Positions 47,710-60,009 of a stretch of 64,000 nt of DNA are shown here, piece after piece (within the stretch, counting starts at the first letter, position 1; every line of letters begins with the position of its first letter). The translations under genes and the position numbers were made by a program. Source of the stretch: Lepidodermella squamata (Eukaryota > Animalia > Gastrotricha); contig JBLDXI010000081.1 in NCBI GenBank assembly GCA_047495785.1, positions 1 through 64,000 on the forward strand. The letters are read 5' to 3'. The notes under the pieces were generated by a model. That model was not told the origin of the DNA. It saw only the letters and a list, made by a program, of their open reading frames with translations, and searched no databases.

Positions 47710-49701
47710 GTTTTGGACATGCTACTTTTTCGAAAGTGTCTCATGAACAGTTTTCAAGTATTAGGTCCATTAGGTTTTAGTTTAGAGGCTAGTCTCTGGC
47801 GGAAGTTTTCGCTCTGTCGACGAGAAGCTAACTTGAAAAACCTCGTGGTAGTTATAGTCATGTTCTCATGTACGGCGCCCGAGAGTGTCGCTGCGATTGC
47901 GCCGCGCTGGATACGTGGTGAGTCCCTCGTGCGCCGCGTTGCCGACTTCGGCTTTGTCTCATTTGTCTCAGCGGTCAAGATACAACTTCGCCGCAAGCAC
48001 ATGTGGCCAAACAAGACACTCCGCGTCACCCTGGAAGTCATATGCCTACTTCAGAGACTCCGCCCTCGAGCATCCAGTCGAAAATCAGTAGACCTTGAGC
48101 TCTGTAGATGGCGCGCAGATCCAAAAGGCGAATTATTCTTCCAAAATTACTCATTTTATGAACTATTGTCGATCCTATTATAGACAGGATCTATGGGCAT
48201 CAATCACGCGGAGGTCCTAATTTTACGATCTACGATCTACGATTTACGATCTACGTATATGGTAAAAGGTAAGATGAGGTTGAGCCCATACAATCTATCA
48301 CAGTGGTAAATTTCGATCAAGCCGGGGTCTACTTTGTTAAGACTGGGCAATGGTGTCGTTTGCCAGGCGTGCCGTTTTTCTTTTGTGGCGCATTCAACGC
48401 CGTTTGCTAAGTGCTACCATTGCGTGAGGATATGGAGAGGTGAACCTTGGATCCTGATTGTGGCATGCTCAGAGATTACAGCAGGCTCGGTTCACGCCCT
48501 GCCCAGTGGTTTTCAAGTAGAAGTAGTGAACTACCGTTATTATTGTCATAAGTCCATAGGTTCCCCCCGGCGCTACTGCGGCAGCTTCGCTGCTGCTGTT
48601 GCCAATTAGGGTGACTGAAAGCAGGTAACACTGATATTTCAAATTAATTTGAGCCCGCGAACTGACCAGCTGTTAGATACTGGCTAGCCATATGGCTTCC
48701 TAATCAATTTGAGCACGTGTTAAGTAAATTTGCTAATCCACTTTAATAACTGGGTCGAACAAAATTCAAATCAAGCTTAACAGTTTAACTTTAAAATGCC
48801 TTTCGGGAACTGGTTCGTCCAACTCTCTGGCAACAAAAAGCAACGATGAAGATAACATTGCCTGAAAGTGGAAAATTCTGAGCTGTTACAGAAGGGAACC
48901 AACAAACTGAAAGGTTAAAAGAGCTACAAGTACAGGTACAAGAGGTCAGCATTTAAAATATTTTTATTTCGAAAATCGGCAGCACTATTATGTATTATGG
49001 TCTCCCAAAATGATTGAACTTTTGTAAAGAAAATCCTGGATTCCGTCCTCCATCAAATGAGACAAGGTGCAACTCATCGTCTCGCAAGAATAAATTTCCC
49101 CAATATTCCAAAAAATTACCTATTATAGGCGAATTTCGGCAAATTTTCGATTCTTTCGCCTCCAGCTTCTTCGGAATTTTTTCGAAAAATCTGGATAAAT
49201 GATTCCTAATCATGTTCTCACTGTCTCTCTATTCAGCATTTTTAATCAGTAAGCATTTCTCTGTATCTGCTCGAGAGCCCGTTTCAATTTTACATAATTC
49301 AACACTCACCAGTCAATGTGACTAGTGAAGGGTAGATAACCCTGACCTGGTTTCGTACTTCGGCTATCAGACTGAACAACGACAAAATCAAATAAGCGAA
49401 TCTCTCGGATATTTTATTGTATTTCTTTAGGGCTTATATAGCCAACAGAACGCCAAATTGGATGAAATATAATGATGTGCGACACGTAATCTTGCTGGCA
49501 CGAGCGCTGGCTAATGATGAGAAAGAACTAATGAATAATAATTGGAGTCCAGAACTGGGGCAATCTCATCCTGTCAACTAGCTCAAGGCATCATCTATCA
49601 GGTAAATTCTAGTAAATCGTCGAAACTAGAAAATCTAGTAGTCTGCTAAACCTTGCTAGATTTTAAAGTATAGGTTTTAAAGTCAATGCGATTAAAAATC
49701 G

Positions 49702-51053
49702 TTATTGAATCATTAATATAAGCACAACAACATCTGTTAAAACAGTGATGATTAGAATGACTGCGAACACGATACAATCAATCAGACGAATGAGGCTGAT
49801 ATTCATGAAATTGGCTTGAATGAGTAAAAAACGCTTCCTGCTGGCTAACTCGCTAGCAATCAGGCAATAGATGGCGCAAAGTACAGCAATGGCCATTTGA
49901 CCGGCTAGAAATAGCAAAATGTAAGGTATCTCGGCTGATTTTGGTAAGGATTCGCTGATGCTCGATTGCGAAACTGCATAGGCCAGTACGACAGTTATGC
50001 AAAATGTTGGCCGATCGGGGTGTTCAGGTGGCATGAAACCAGCGGCGATCAGAACCAGTTGCAGGCAGATATTTGGGAAAAATATAGTCAGCAAATGAAA
50101 CCCGTAACGGCGTTCGAAGTCGAAAGTAAATCGTAATGATGAATAATTTGTCTCCCCATTATCGCTTTCGTCCAAAATGTATCCGGCGTTGTATGAATTC
50201 AATCGCCACATTTCGCTCGGGTTAATGAATTCGCCAAATTTCACTATTTCGATGCCCCCATTCTCGAAGAGGTATTTCGTTAGCCGTGTGGTGAAGAAAG
50301 ATTTGATGTCCATGCTACAAGATTGCTTGTCGAAGGGAAAGTTCAAAAAGCTGCGTAAAGCAAATTGTGAATCACAGTCAATCAGGTAAAAGGTCATAAC
50401 TAAGCTTGACCCTAGCCCGATGCAACTCTTATTAAAACAATTAAAAATTCGCTACATTGACATACTTTAGGTTACAAAGTGACTTGTAAGCGCCTTGCAG
50501 GTACATTGCACCTTTGCCATTCTTGTAATACACAACTGTAGCTCTCTTGCTCAAGCTTAAAGGAAAATTGATAGACAACAATTCCAAGATTTCGCTAAAA
50601 ACCTTTCAATTATCGACATTTCGAAAGCATTTATATGAGTGAAAATAGGAGTCCACGTCTCGGAACCTTTCAACTCGATGGCCCTTATATGAGAGTAATT
50701 CGTAACGTGCTGCCAGGCCGCACATGGGTGCATCCAACTGATAGCAAGCTCGCCATAAAACGAAAACCTAGGGACACATGTAAATTCAGGGTATTAGAAA
50801 TAAGAAAGAACAAATCTTACGATTGCTCGTCTTCGTTTATCCCTCGAAAATAAAATGGTTCCACCGATACATATATGAGCGTAGTTTCGCTGAAATTAGA
50901 AACAGGTCGAATACGTTGATCGAGGCGACATCTTGAAATCAGAAAGTCTCTCAACTCAAGAGCATCCGGGTTGAACAAAGGAATCTCCTCGTCAAGACTC
51001 CCAGCATTCGAATACGCTGCAAGAATTATTAATGGTATGAGTTGTTGATACAT
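49702..51053 (-). CDS. Divergent Cys-loop receptor subunit, copy 2
   Basis: Same exon layout as copy 1; spliced CNLNFLNFPFDKQSC; four TMs. Confidence 0.88.
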
Positions 51054-51603
51054 TACATAGAAGAGGCTAACTGTAGTTAGATGGGAAATACGCCCTACTT
51101 ATAGAAATTAACTGAAAGTCAAAATGTTTATCTAGAGATCGATACCGAGTAACTTCACAGCCCAGATCTTCATCCTGTCAAATATCCGGACTTGAAAAAA
51201 ACACATGAACGAAAACATACGCATTTCACTAAAATGCATTGAATTTAATGACGCATGCTCACGTGAGTCTTTTCTGGTTTGCTGAAATGGAATTCGATGT
51301 TTACTCAGCGGCTAAAATGAATATCGCTTTGCATTAAAACGCGATGAGTATTCACGGACATCTCTCTCTCTCTCTTTCCTGGCTTGCTGAAATGGAATTC
51401 GATGTTTACTCAGCGGCTGAAATGAATGTCGCTTCGGATTAAAACGCGATGAGTACTCATGGAACTACTACCTGCGGCGATTTTGAGAGACTCACTTGAT
51501 TTAACCTCGCGCTATTTCATCCATCATATTTGGATTTGCTGAGATTTCAAAGTAAGGTCTGATGCGCGTTTGATGTATAGCTAAGCAATGAACAGAGTCC
51601 GAA

Positions 51604-53464
51604 ATGCTGTCCGAAATCCCGCTGCCTAATGTCGGCGAACCAGTGATTCGGATCGACTCGTATCGGCGCCAGGTTGGTGCGGCAATCGCCGAATCTCGCC
51701 GTCTTCACGTCCCTCTGCTCGACCGCACTCAGCTGAGGAAAGTTTCAATGACCCGCGACATGCGTAGCCTGCTCGAAAGAAAGAGGATTCTTGAACGTGG
51801 GCTCGGCAATCGAGTTGATGCCGGGCTAGTCGATAGGATCCACGCCTTGGACGCCCAGCGCCCAGTTCCACGCTGCGAAAGCGGCTCAGCAATTGCGGCT
51901 CCAACCTGCGATATGTTGAAGCTCTGTCGTTGCAGCACCGCTACCGAGAGGCTTATGCCCGCCTCCGTCGTCTCGATAAGTTTCGCCCTACCCCTGTTGA
52001 TCGCCTGACCTACATGAAGCTCGATGATGGAAGTGCCCTGCCGCCGTCTACTGCCCTTGCTGATGCACTGCTTGATCATTTCGTCAAACCGATGTCGCCC
52101 TACGTCGACCCCGATGCGGACGCTGCCACTCGCCAGTGGTGGCAACAAGTCGAGGACGATGTCGTTGCAGATCCTGACCTTCGTGCTTCTGATGTGATCC
52201 GCGTGCCCACTCTCGGCGAGTTTTCTGTCAGTCAACGGATGCTCGCTGATGCTGTTAGCCGTTTGAAGTCCTTCAAGGCCCCTGGCTTGGATGGTATTCA
52301 AAACATCTACCTGAAGTGGGGTGGCCCTGTCCTGCAAGTCCTGTCCCTGGCAGTCGATACGTGCCTCAAGCGGTTGTTGTGACTATCCCGAAGGCCGGCA
52401 AGCCGCAGAACCATGTCTCGTCACAGCGTCCCATCTCCTTGCTGCCGACTGACGCCAAGCTCCTGGAGTCGATCGTGGCTCGGTGGATGACCCAGTTTCT
52501 CGAAAGTCAACACCTTCTCCCTGAGAATCAGTTTGCATTCCGTCCGCACCATTCCGCGCCAGATGTCCCACTTCGCATCGTTCATCGCGTCCACGTCAAC
52601 CGCTCCCTGCGCAAGAAGACTGTCGTGGCCGGCTTGGATGTTCAGGCGGCCTACGATTCCGTGTGGCACGCCGGGCTGATCCATAAGCTGGCCCAGCTGC
52701 CTCTCCCGCGAAATTTGGTCGGCTGGCTGGCCGACTATCTTCGCGACCGTCGTCTGCAAGCTCGCGTGGCGGGCTCGCTGAGTCGTCAAGTCGTCGTCCA
52801 TTGCGGGGTGCCGCAGGGTTCCCCGTTGTCGCCGCTTCTCTACATTCTGTACACCGCCGATTTGCTGTCCGCCCCAAGCGTGGATGGCACGTTGCTGCAG
52901 GCCTACGCGGACGATCTAACTGTCGTCGGCGAGGGTGGCACGTTCCCTGCTGCTCAGCGTCGCCTCCAATTGGAGCTCACCCGTATTTTCGGATGGGCCA
53001 AGAAGTGGCGCCAGAAGTTTAATCCCGCGAAGAGCGAAGTTATGCCCTTTGGTAACGCGTCCGTCAATGTTCGGCTCAACGGAGCCGTGATTCCGCAAGT
53101 CGAGTCGTTACGAGTTATCGGTGTTCACTTGGACCTTAAACTGACGTGGAAAGTTCATGTGGACAGGATCTCTGACCGCTGCCGCAGAAATCTGGGTTTT
53201 TTCAAACATCTCATGTTCACCCCTGGGCTGTCGCGCCGCTGGCGACGCACCCTTTACTTGACCCTGGTCCGTTCGTGCTGGTCTTATGGGACCATCTGCC
53301 TGGCTACCGCCTCGAAGCAACAGATTAATCGTCTCGCAGTCATCCAAAATGATAGCCTGCGTGCAATGCTCCACATTCGTCGGGACGACCGGGTCCGCGT
53401 GTCGGAGTTGGAATCTCGTTGCCGTATCCCGAGTGTCCCTCGGTTTCTGGAACAGTGCCAGTAG
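51604..53464 (+). mobile_element. 5'-truncated, frameshifted non-LTR retrotransposon ORF2 (RT; Jockey/I-group-like)
   Basis: KAPGLDGI, IPKAGK..RPISLL, QFAFR, D..AYDSVWH, GVPQGSPLSP, YADD; GC-rich relative to flanks; frameshift near 52370. Confidence 0.93.
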
Positions 53465-53776
53465 TAAATAAAACGGCCGAGATCTATTCTTTGTAAGCTG
53501 TGTTATAATCAAGAAAGAGATTTCAGACGACACAAAATTTTAAACTTTATCTTGCATTGAATTGGCTCAACGGCATAATGGCTGCTGGCTCAGAAAATGG
53601 CTCACAAAAATAACCTGGAACATTTAAATTTGCCTTCGCCAACAATTAATCAACAATTAAACCGGGTTTTCCAGATTTTTCTTTTTTTCACGCAGTTTAG
53701 TTCGAAAAATGTGCTATCATCAAAATTACATTGAATAATTTTCCGCAATCAAATCCGGCAATGTTTATGAGGCGCT

Positions 53777-54206
53777 CATGTGACGCCGCACTTAGAGCAC
53801 GCCGACAGACAAGAAGACGTGTTCACTTTTTTCCTCATTAATATTCAGCATATTTTGCAGCTTAAAAAAATAATATGACGGGGCTCAATTCGAATTTGTC
53901 TAATAATTGAAAATTGAAAATTTTAAATTAATTTGTTCAAGTTTCAAAGATCGCAAAAAGCAGTGATTTGGCGCGGTTTCCGAGATGCTACAAAGAGGAG
54001 ATGCCTCTTTAAAGATGAATTTAGCTGATGAAATGGCAGCATCTGCTCGAAATTACACAGAAATAGCACAAGAAACATTTGGGTGGAAAATAACGACATG
54101 ATTCATCTCATTAAATTTGAAACGATGAACTTTGCCCCTTTTTAGTCTGACCTCAGTTTTTCGTGTCCGAAAACCTCTTAGTGCGGCGTCCTATCTACGT
54201 CACATG
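53777..54206. mobile_element. hAT-type MITE (same termini as 47360-47545)
   Basis: catgtgacg...cgtcacatg, 8-bp TSD gaggcgct. Confidence 0.88.
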
Positions 54207-54291
54207 GAGGCGCTAAGCCTAATAAGAATATTATAATCGGCCCGTTTAGTTTACTTTTTAAATTTTAAATTTTAAATTAAAAAAAAACCTA

Positions 54292-55060
54292 CCGTAACGA
54301 GTGGTAACTTTGGACAAAACGTGTTTTTCGAATATTAAAAATCAGCCTTTGCTCTTAATTTTCTGAAACTTTTACCAAAGGTGGGGACGGTGATTCTTGA
54401 ATTTTCTGTAAATTTTAAAATTTTTGAGAATTTTACCTGACCTTTGGCTAATTAATATGTGTTCCGGTAACTTTGGACAATTAGAGGGTAGTTTTGGACA
54501 CTCATTTGCATATGCAATTTCATTGTAATTTCATTGTGAATTATCTGTTTTTCATGGTTTTTCATTTAATCTTGGGTCAGATTTCGAAAAAAATTATGAA
54601 CAGATGGCGCATCATCTGTTTCTCGGAAGTTCAATAAAAATACGTTTCTGCGCAGCAGCATACTTAACCCGTCCAAAAGTGTCCAAAATTACCCCAATTT
54701 TCACCTGTTTTTCAGGTAAATGCCCTGCTAAAACGCGTCGGCGGATTGCCATTTTTTCTTCGATTATAGGGAGAGTAAAGATAGGAGAATACTCATGCCA
54801 ACTTTCATTGAAAACTGATCGATTATTAGAAAGATAGAAGGGGGGTCCCAAAACGGCATCCAAAGTCTAACGGCTTGTAACTTTTTCTGAAATCCGATTT
54901 CAGCTCCAATCGTCTTGATTTTATTCCAAACGAAAGCTGAAGAGACGGAGAATTTTAAGCAAAAACCCCCATGATTTGAACGTTAAATCCTGAAAAGCTA
55001 AACACCTGCAAAGCCGAAAGTGTCCAAAGTTACCGTGTCCACAATCACCACACGTTACGG
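54292..55060. mobile_element. Tc1/mariner (pogo-like) MITE
   Basis: TA-ccgtaacgagtggt...accacacgttacgg-TA; repeated ggtaactttggaca motifs in both orientations. Confidence 0.85.
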
Positions 55061-55355
55061 TAATTGCTGGAAACAGGCATTGTTGAGGAAAAAGTGAAAA
55101 ATGTGGTGAAAGTATGAAATATAATAAACACATTTCTAAATTGTTTAATTTTTTGAATGATATCATTGATCTAAATAGTCTAAATAAAATTGATAAGGCT
55201 TTATTATTAAAACTTCATATTATTGGCCTCATAAAACAGGATTAAAACTGATAAAATGAATTAATACAAATATGAGATATGTGGAAAATTCTGAATCTGA
55301 ATCAGTGTTTATGAGTTTTTTTCATTCCGCGCTGATTTTTTCCATCACCGCGGTC

Positions 55356-55795
55356 TTAGAGCGAGATCCGAAAATCGGGGTCATGAGTGGCTTTATAGTT
55401 CTTGATGTGCGGGCTGTATTCAATTGTCTCAGGAAAATCGAGGAGGGCTCCGATCCGCTCTTTCTCCGGAGTGTCGTACGGCCGGCCGCCTTTCCGAACT
55501 TTCGAGCGTCTCGACTTGTTCCTCTTCGGTATGTTGGTGATGGTTGAAGAACCCGCTTTGAGGGTCGAATCCGGCTTCGAGAGAGTCTTCGAAAGCGAAA
55601 GGTTGATCGACGAAATACTTGCCGTCGGTGAGAACGCCAGTGACCTGATCGCTGATCGGCGACTGGAGCAAGAGCTGACAGAGCCAGCCCGTGATCGGCT
55701 TTCCGGAGCCACCGGCAACACACACAGCTTGTCCAGCTTTCCTTCCAATTCGACCAGCGCAATTTTGAGACTTCTCTCGGTTGCGAAGCAGGCCT
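55356..55795 (-). other. Ser/Lys/Arg-rich low-complexity exon-like ORF, unknown
   Basis: GC-richer open frame preceded by a ttttctag acceptor; no recognisable domain. Confidence 0.25.
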
Positions 55796-56948
55796 AGAAA
55801 ACAATTTCAATACAAAGCATGACTCATAAAAATCAAAGATTATTACTTTTTCACCATCACCATCCGTATAATTGAAGCAATAAACTTCAACTCAAATGAA
55901 GTTCATCCATCGCAGACAGCCGTAGTTCGTCGACCACAATTTTGTGCCACCCTCCGTTTTCGACGACGGTCATTCGGACGAGCATTGTAGAAATTAGAAA
56001 AATTAATTAAAAAAAAATTAAAAATTTCTTTTGATGAAAAGTTCAGATGAAAAATGTGAGATAAAACTGAAAATATACAAAATTCGCGTGTCTTGTAAAC
56101 CCACCAACAGCTTTAAGGAGCGCGCCTTATACTAAAAAATTCCAGCCAATAGAAAAATTGTGGATTCACTGGTTCCACTAAGTTGACATCGAATAACTGG
56201 GGCGTCGTGACACCCCAGCACCCTGATCCCTGATTGTTCGATCATTTTTCGATCAGAGTCACATGCACACTATGACGATTGATGATGACCATTGATGACC
56301 CACCGGCAGTTAGGGTTGTTTATTTGCCAAGGGGCAGGGCGTGTTTTTAATTTTTCTTAATTTTTTCTTACTTTACGTATAACTTAACGTAACTTAACGT
56401 AACGTACATTTCGTTTTTTATGTATTTTGGCTAGTTAAGATGATTGCGTGAAAGAAATCGCCTCCGCTCATCACGAATTGCTGCTGAATTCAGGCCGATA
56501 ATTGGATACCCAGCACTCATCAAAAGGGCACTGTTGATTTTCCTGAGCTGTCACTGCTGCAATTTACGGCCCTGTTTAAGAATTCTACTTCTTCACTGCT
56601 TCGAAAACTCAATACCTTCAATTCGATAATTCAAGTCACAACTTTACTACCATTGTATTTGTTATATTGTTCAAGATTCATGTCGTAATCAGCGAATGAT
56701 TGGGCAGGTTTTATATGTCTCTGAGCCATAGGCATGAGCATGCACTTGCGCGCAATAGTATGATTTCTGTTAACGTGTAAATTCTGGAAAATCGCCAAAA
56801 TATATTAAATCTTGCTGGAAAAGGTATGGGCGATTCCACGATTCTAGAGGATGAACCAACCATTTTAGCCGCTGACTGATCGTTGTTTGCCAAGTATTTC
56901 AGTGCGAAAGTCATGTTTTTAGGTGCAGTAGCACTGATTTGAATATGT

Positions 56949-58417
56949 TTATTGAATCATCAATATAAGCACAACGACATCGGCTAAAACAGTGATGAAT
57001 AGGATGACTATGTAAACACGATGCAATCAATCAGGCGAATGAGGCTCATATTCATGATATTAGCTTTAACGCCTTGAAACCGCTCTCGCCCGGCCAAATC
57101 GCTAGCAATAAGGCAATAGATAGCGCAAAGAACAGCAATGGCTATTTGGCCAGCTAGAAATACCAGAATATAAGGAATTTCCGCAAATTTTGGTATCGAT
57201 TCACTGATGCTTGATTGCGAAACTGCATACGCTAGTACGACAGTTATGCAAAATACCGATCGGGTTGCTCAGGTGGCATGAATCCAGCGGCGATCAGAAC
57301 CAGTTGTAGGCAGATATTCGGGAAAAATATTGTCAGCAAATGAAACCCGTAACGACGTTCGAAGTCGAAAGTAAATCGTAATGATGAATAATTTGTCTCC
57401 CCATTATCGCTTTCGTCCAAAATGTATCCGGCGTTGTATGAATTCAATCGCCACATTTCGCTCGGGTTAATGAATTCGCCAAATTTCACTATTTCGATGC
57501 CCCCATTCTCGAAGAGGTATTTCGTTAGCCGTGTGGTGAAGAAAGATTTGATGTCCATGCTACAAGATTGCTTGTCGAAGGGAAAGTTCAAAAAGCTGCG
57601 AAAAGCAAATTGTGAATCTTATTCAATCAAGTGGTAAAAGTCATAAATAAACTTCATCCTTAATTTGTTGAACTCAAGCCCGAATTCAACTCCTCAATGT
57701 AAGGCAATTAAAAATTCGCTACATTAACATACTTGAGGCTACAAAGTGACTTGTAAGCGCCTTGCAGGTACGTTACAACTTTGCCATTCTTGTAATACAC
57801 AACTGTAGCACTAAACGGAAATGCAAAGATTGATTGCTGGCAAAGATTTGCTAAAAGAAACCTTTCAATGTTTGACATTTCGAACGCATTTACATGAGTG
57901 AAGACAGGAGTCCACGTCTCCGAACCTTTCAAATCGATGGCCCTTATGTGAGAATAATTCGAAATGTGCTGCCAGGCTCTGTAAGGCAAGGCAGAGATCA
58001 ATTCATTAAACGGTAAGCGGTAAGCTTACATATTATTTCGGGCTGGCTCGAGAGGGGCTCAGAAGGGCGAAGATCGCAAGGGCACCTAAAGGAATACAGG
58101 AAGCCACAGGGTCACATTAGTTTTTAGGGAAAATGTCGGTGATGAGGCGGCAGGGCTTAGCCGGGTCACCAATGCAGTCTCGCAAGTGCCATGCTGGACA
58201 GTGCTTCTCCAGCATTCGGAGGCCGAAGGCGTCGGGCTGGAAGCTCGCAACGTAGGATATGTAATCCTTCATTCCGTTATTTGCGTTGAGGCACCTGATG
58301 GCGTACCGCATCAGTTGATGCTCAAATACGTCGCTGATTGCTTCGACGACAACACCGAATACGCATAAAATTCGAATACGCTGCAAGAATTATTAATGGT
58401 ATGAGTTGCTGATACAT
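56949..58417 (-). pseudogene. Cys-loop receptor copy 3, disrupted
   Basis: Frameshifting deletion at M2 (PDRYFA*); most of exon 1 and the start of exon 2 replaced by foreign sequence at about 57977-58369. Confidence 0.85.
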
Positions 58418-58913
58418 TACATAGAAGAGGCTGTCGTTGGATGGGAAATACTTTTAAAACTTAGCTGAAAGTCGATATGTCGATCTAGTGATCGGTACCG
58501 AGTAAATACACAACCTAGATCCATGCCCTGTCAAATATCTGGACTTCGGGAAAAAACACATGCATGAAAACATACACAATTCACTTAAATCAATTGAATT
58601 TAATGACGCGTGAGTCTTTCGGAGATGGAAAATTTCTTTTGCTGTATTTGCCAAGATGAGGTTTTTACTAGAAACCGAGCGAAGCGAGATAAAGTTGAAG
58701 ACTTTCCTCTAATACAGGCTCCACAACATCTGAAAATTAACGAAACAGTGGGATAAATTCTCATTTTGTTGTCTGGCCCGGCCGAGCTAGGGGGAATGAT
58801 CCCCCCCCCCCCACCCCCCCTGAAAGTCGCACACTGCTTGAAGAAGATAGAAGTAACATTTTATTATGCACTTGGTAATATAAATGTTATTGATCTGCGT
58901 GATTGCGCTAATT

Positions 58914-59678
58914 TCAACAAGATGACTTCGCTCGGCTTGCTCCTCGCGATCTCAGCAAATCAGTTATAACTGTTTTGTTTTCGCAAATAGCAATATCTAG
59001 AGCTGTCTTGCCATCTGATTTTCCGGCATCCTTATTTGCACCTCTATCAAGCAACATTCGAACTACCTCGACTTGCCCAAATGCAGCCGCATACATCAAC
59101 GCTGTCCAATTATCTATATCCTTGGCTTCGATTGCAGCTTTCCGATCCAGCAACAGTCGAACTACTTCTAACTGTCCTTTATTAGCCGCAATCATCAGCG
59201 GCGACCTGCCACCGTTATCCTTGGCCTCGATATCCGCGTCGCGATCAAGCAACAGTCGAACAACTTCGACCTGCCCGTTATAAGCCGCGTACATTAACGC
59301 TGTCATGCCACCGTAATACTCGGCTTCGATGGCAGCGTTGCGATCTAGCAACAGTCCAACTATTTCAACTTGCCCATTCCAAGCCGCATACATCAATGCC
59401 GTCATACCACCATAATCCTCCATGTAATTCACATCAGCTCCACGATCGAGGAGCAGCTGAGCAATTTGAAATCCCTGGCCTGATTGCGCCTCAATGCACG
59501 TAACACTTTGCAGCAGAGAGCCATTCGCCATCAAGTAACCTCCGCAGTCATACTCCTTTGGGTTGCGCCAGTTCGGGTCGAACTTGCCGCCAGTGGATTC
59601 GTCGATCTCCGCAACGAGTCGCCGCACCTGCTCTACGCCAGTCGCCTCGGCTGTCACATTCCACAACTGCTCGTACAT
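58914..59678 (-). CDS. Ankyrin-repeat protein paralogue with 4 core repeats
   Basis: Shares the N-cap (VRRLVAEIDESTGGKFDPNWRNP) and C-cap (LDIAIC..DLLRSRGA..SSC) with 32959-34716. Confidence 0.9.
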   Translation of the reverse strand: MYEQLWNVTAEATGVEQVRRLVAEIDESTGGKFDPNWRNPKEYDCGGYLMANGSLLQSVTCIEAQSGQGFQIAQLLLDRGADVNYMEDYGGMTALMYAAWNGQVEIVGLLLDRNAAIEAEYYGGMTALMYAAYNGQVEVVRLLLDRDADIEAKDNGGRSPLMIAANKGQLEVVRLLLDRKAAIEAKDIDNWTALMYAAAFGQVEVVRMLLDRGANKDAGKSDGKTALDIAICENKTVITDLLRSRGASRAKSSC

Positions 59679-60009
59679 TTCACGAATCTATACAGGGTAT
59701 GATAATTTTCATGCTGAAATACAGCCAGACTCAGTGAAGTACGGGGTTAACGGGAGTACCCCAACTCAAGAGGTCCAGGCAATGAAACTTTACTTCATCC
59801 ACTGGCACCCCTGGGTGTGCTCGACTTACCTATGTGAAGCTGCCCGATGTGGGGATTGAAGTTGAATGGTAAAAGAATAAAGCACAAATAGGCTATTGGC
59901 TCGGCCTAACCAATACCCCTGAAATCTAGGTTTTAAAACGCGACTTAGCCGGTTTGCAATCTGATTTCCCGGTTCCCGGAAACACTACTAAGTTAGACAA
60001 AGAAACTAA

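Noticed and set aside
50330-50397. Apparent C-x18-C expanded Cys-loop in the ORF track
   Set aside because: The ORF runs into an intron; splicing restores a canonical C-x13-C loop.
51604-53464. RT as part of a retron or DGR-like diversification system with the ankyrin or lectin genes
   Set aside because: Motifs are those of an ordinary non-LTR ORF2, it is frameshifted, and I see no template/variable repeat pair with adenine-specific differences.
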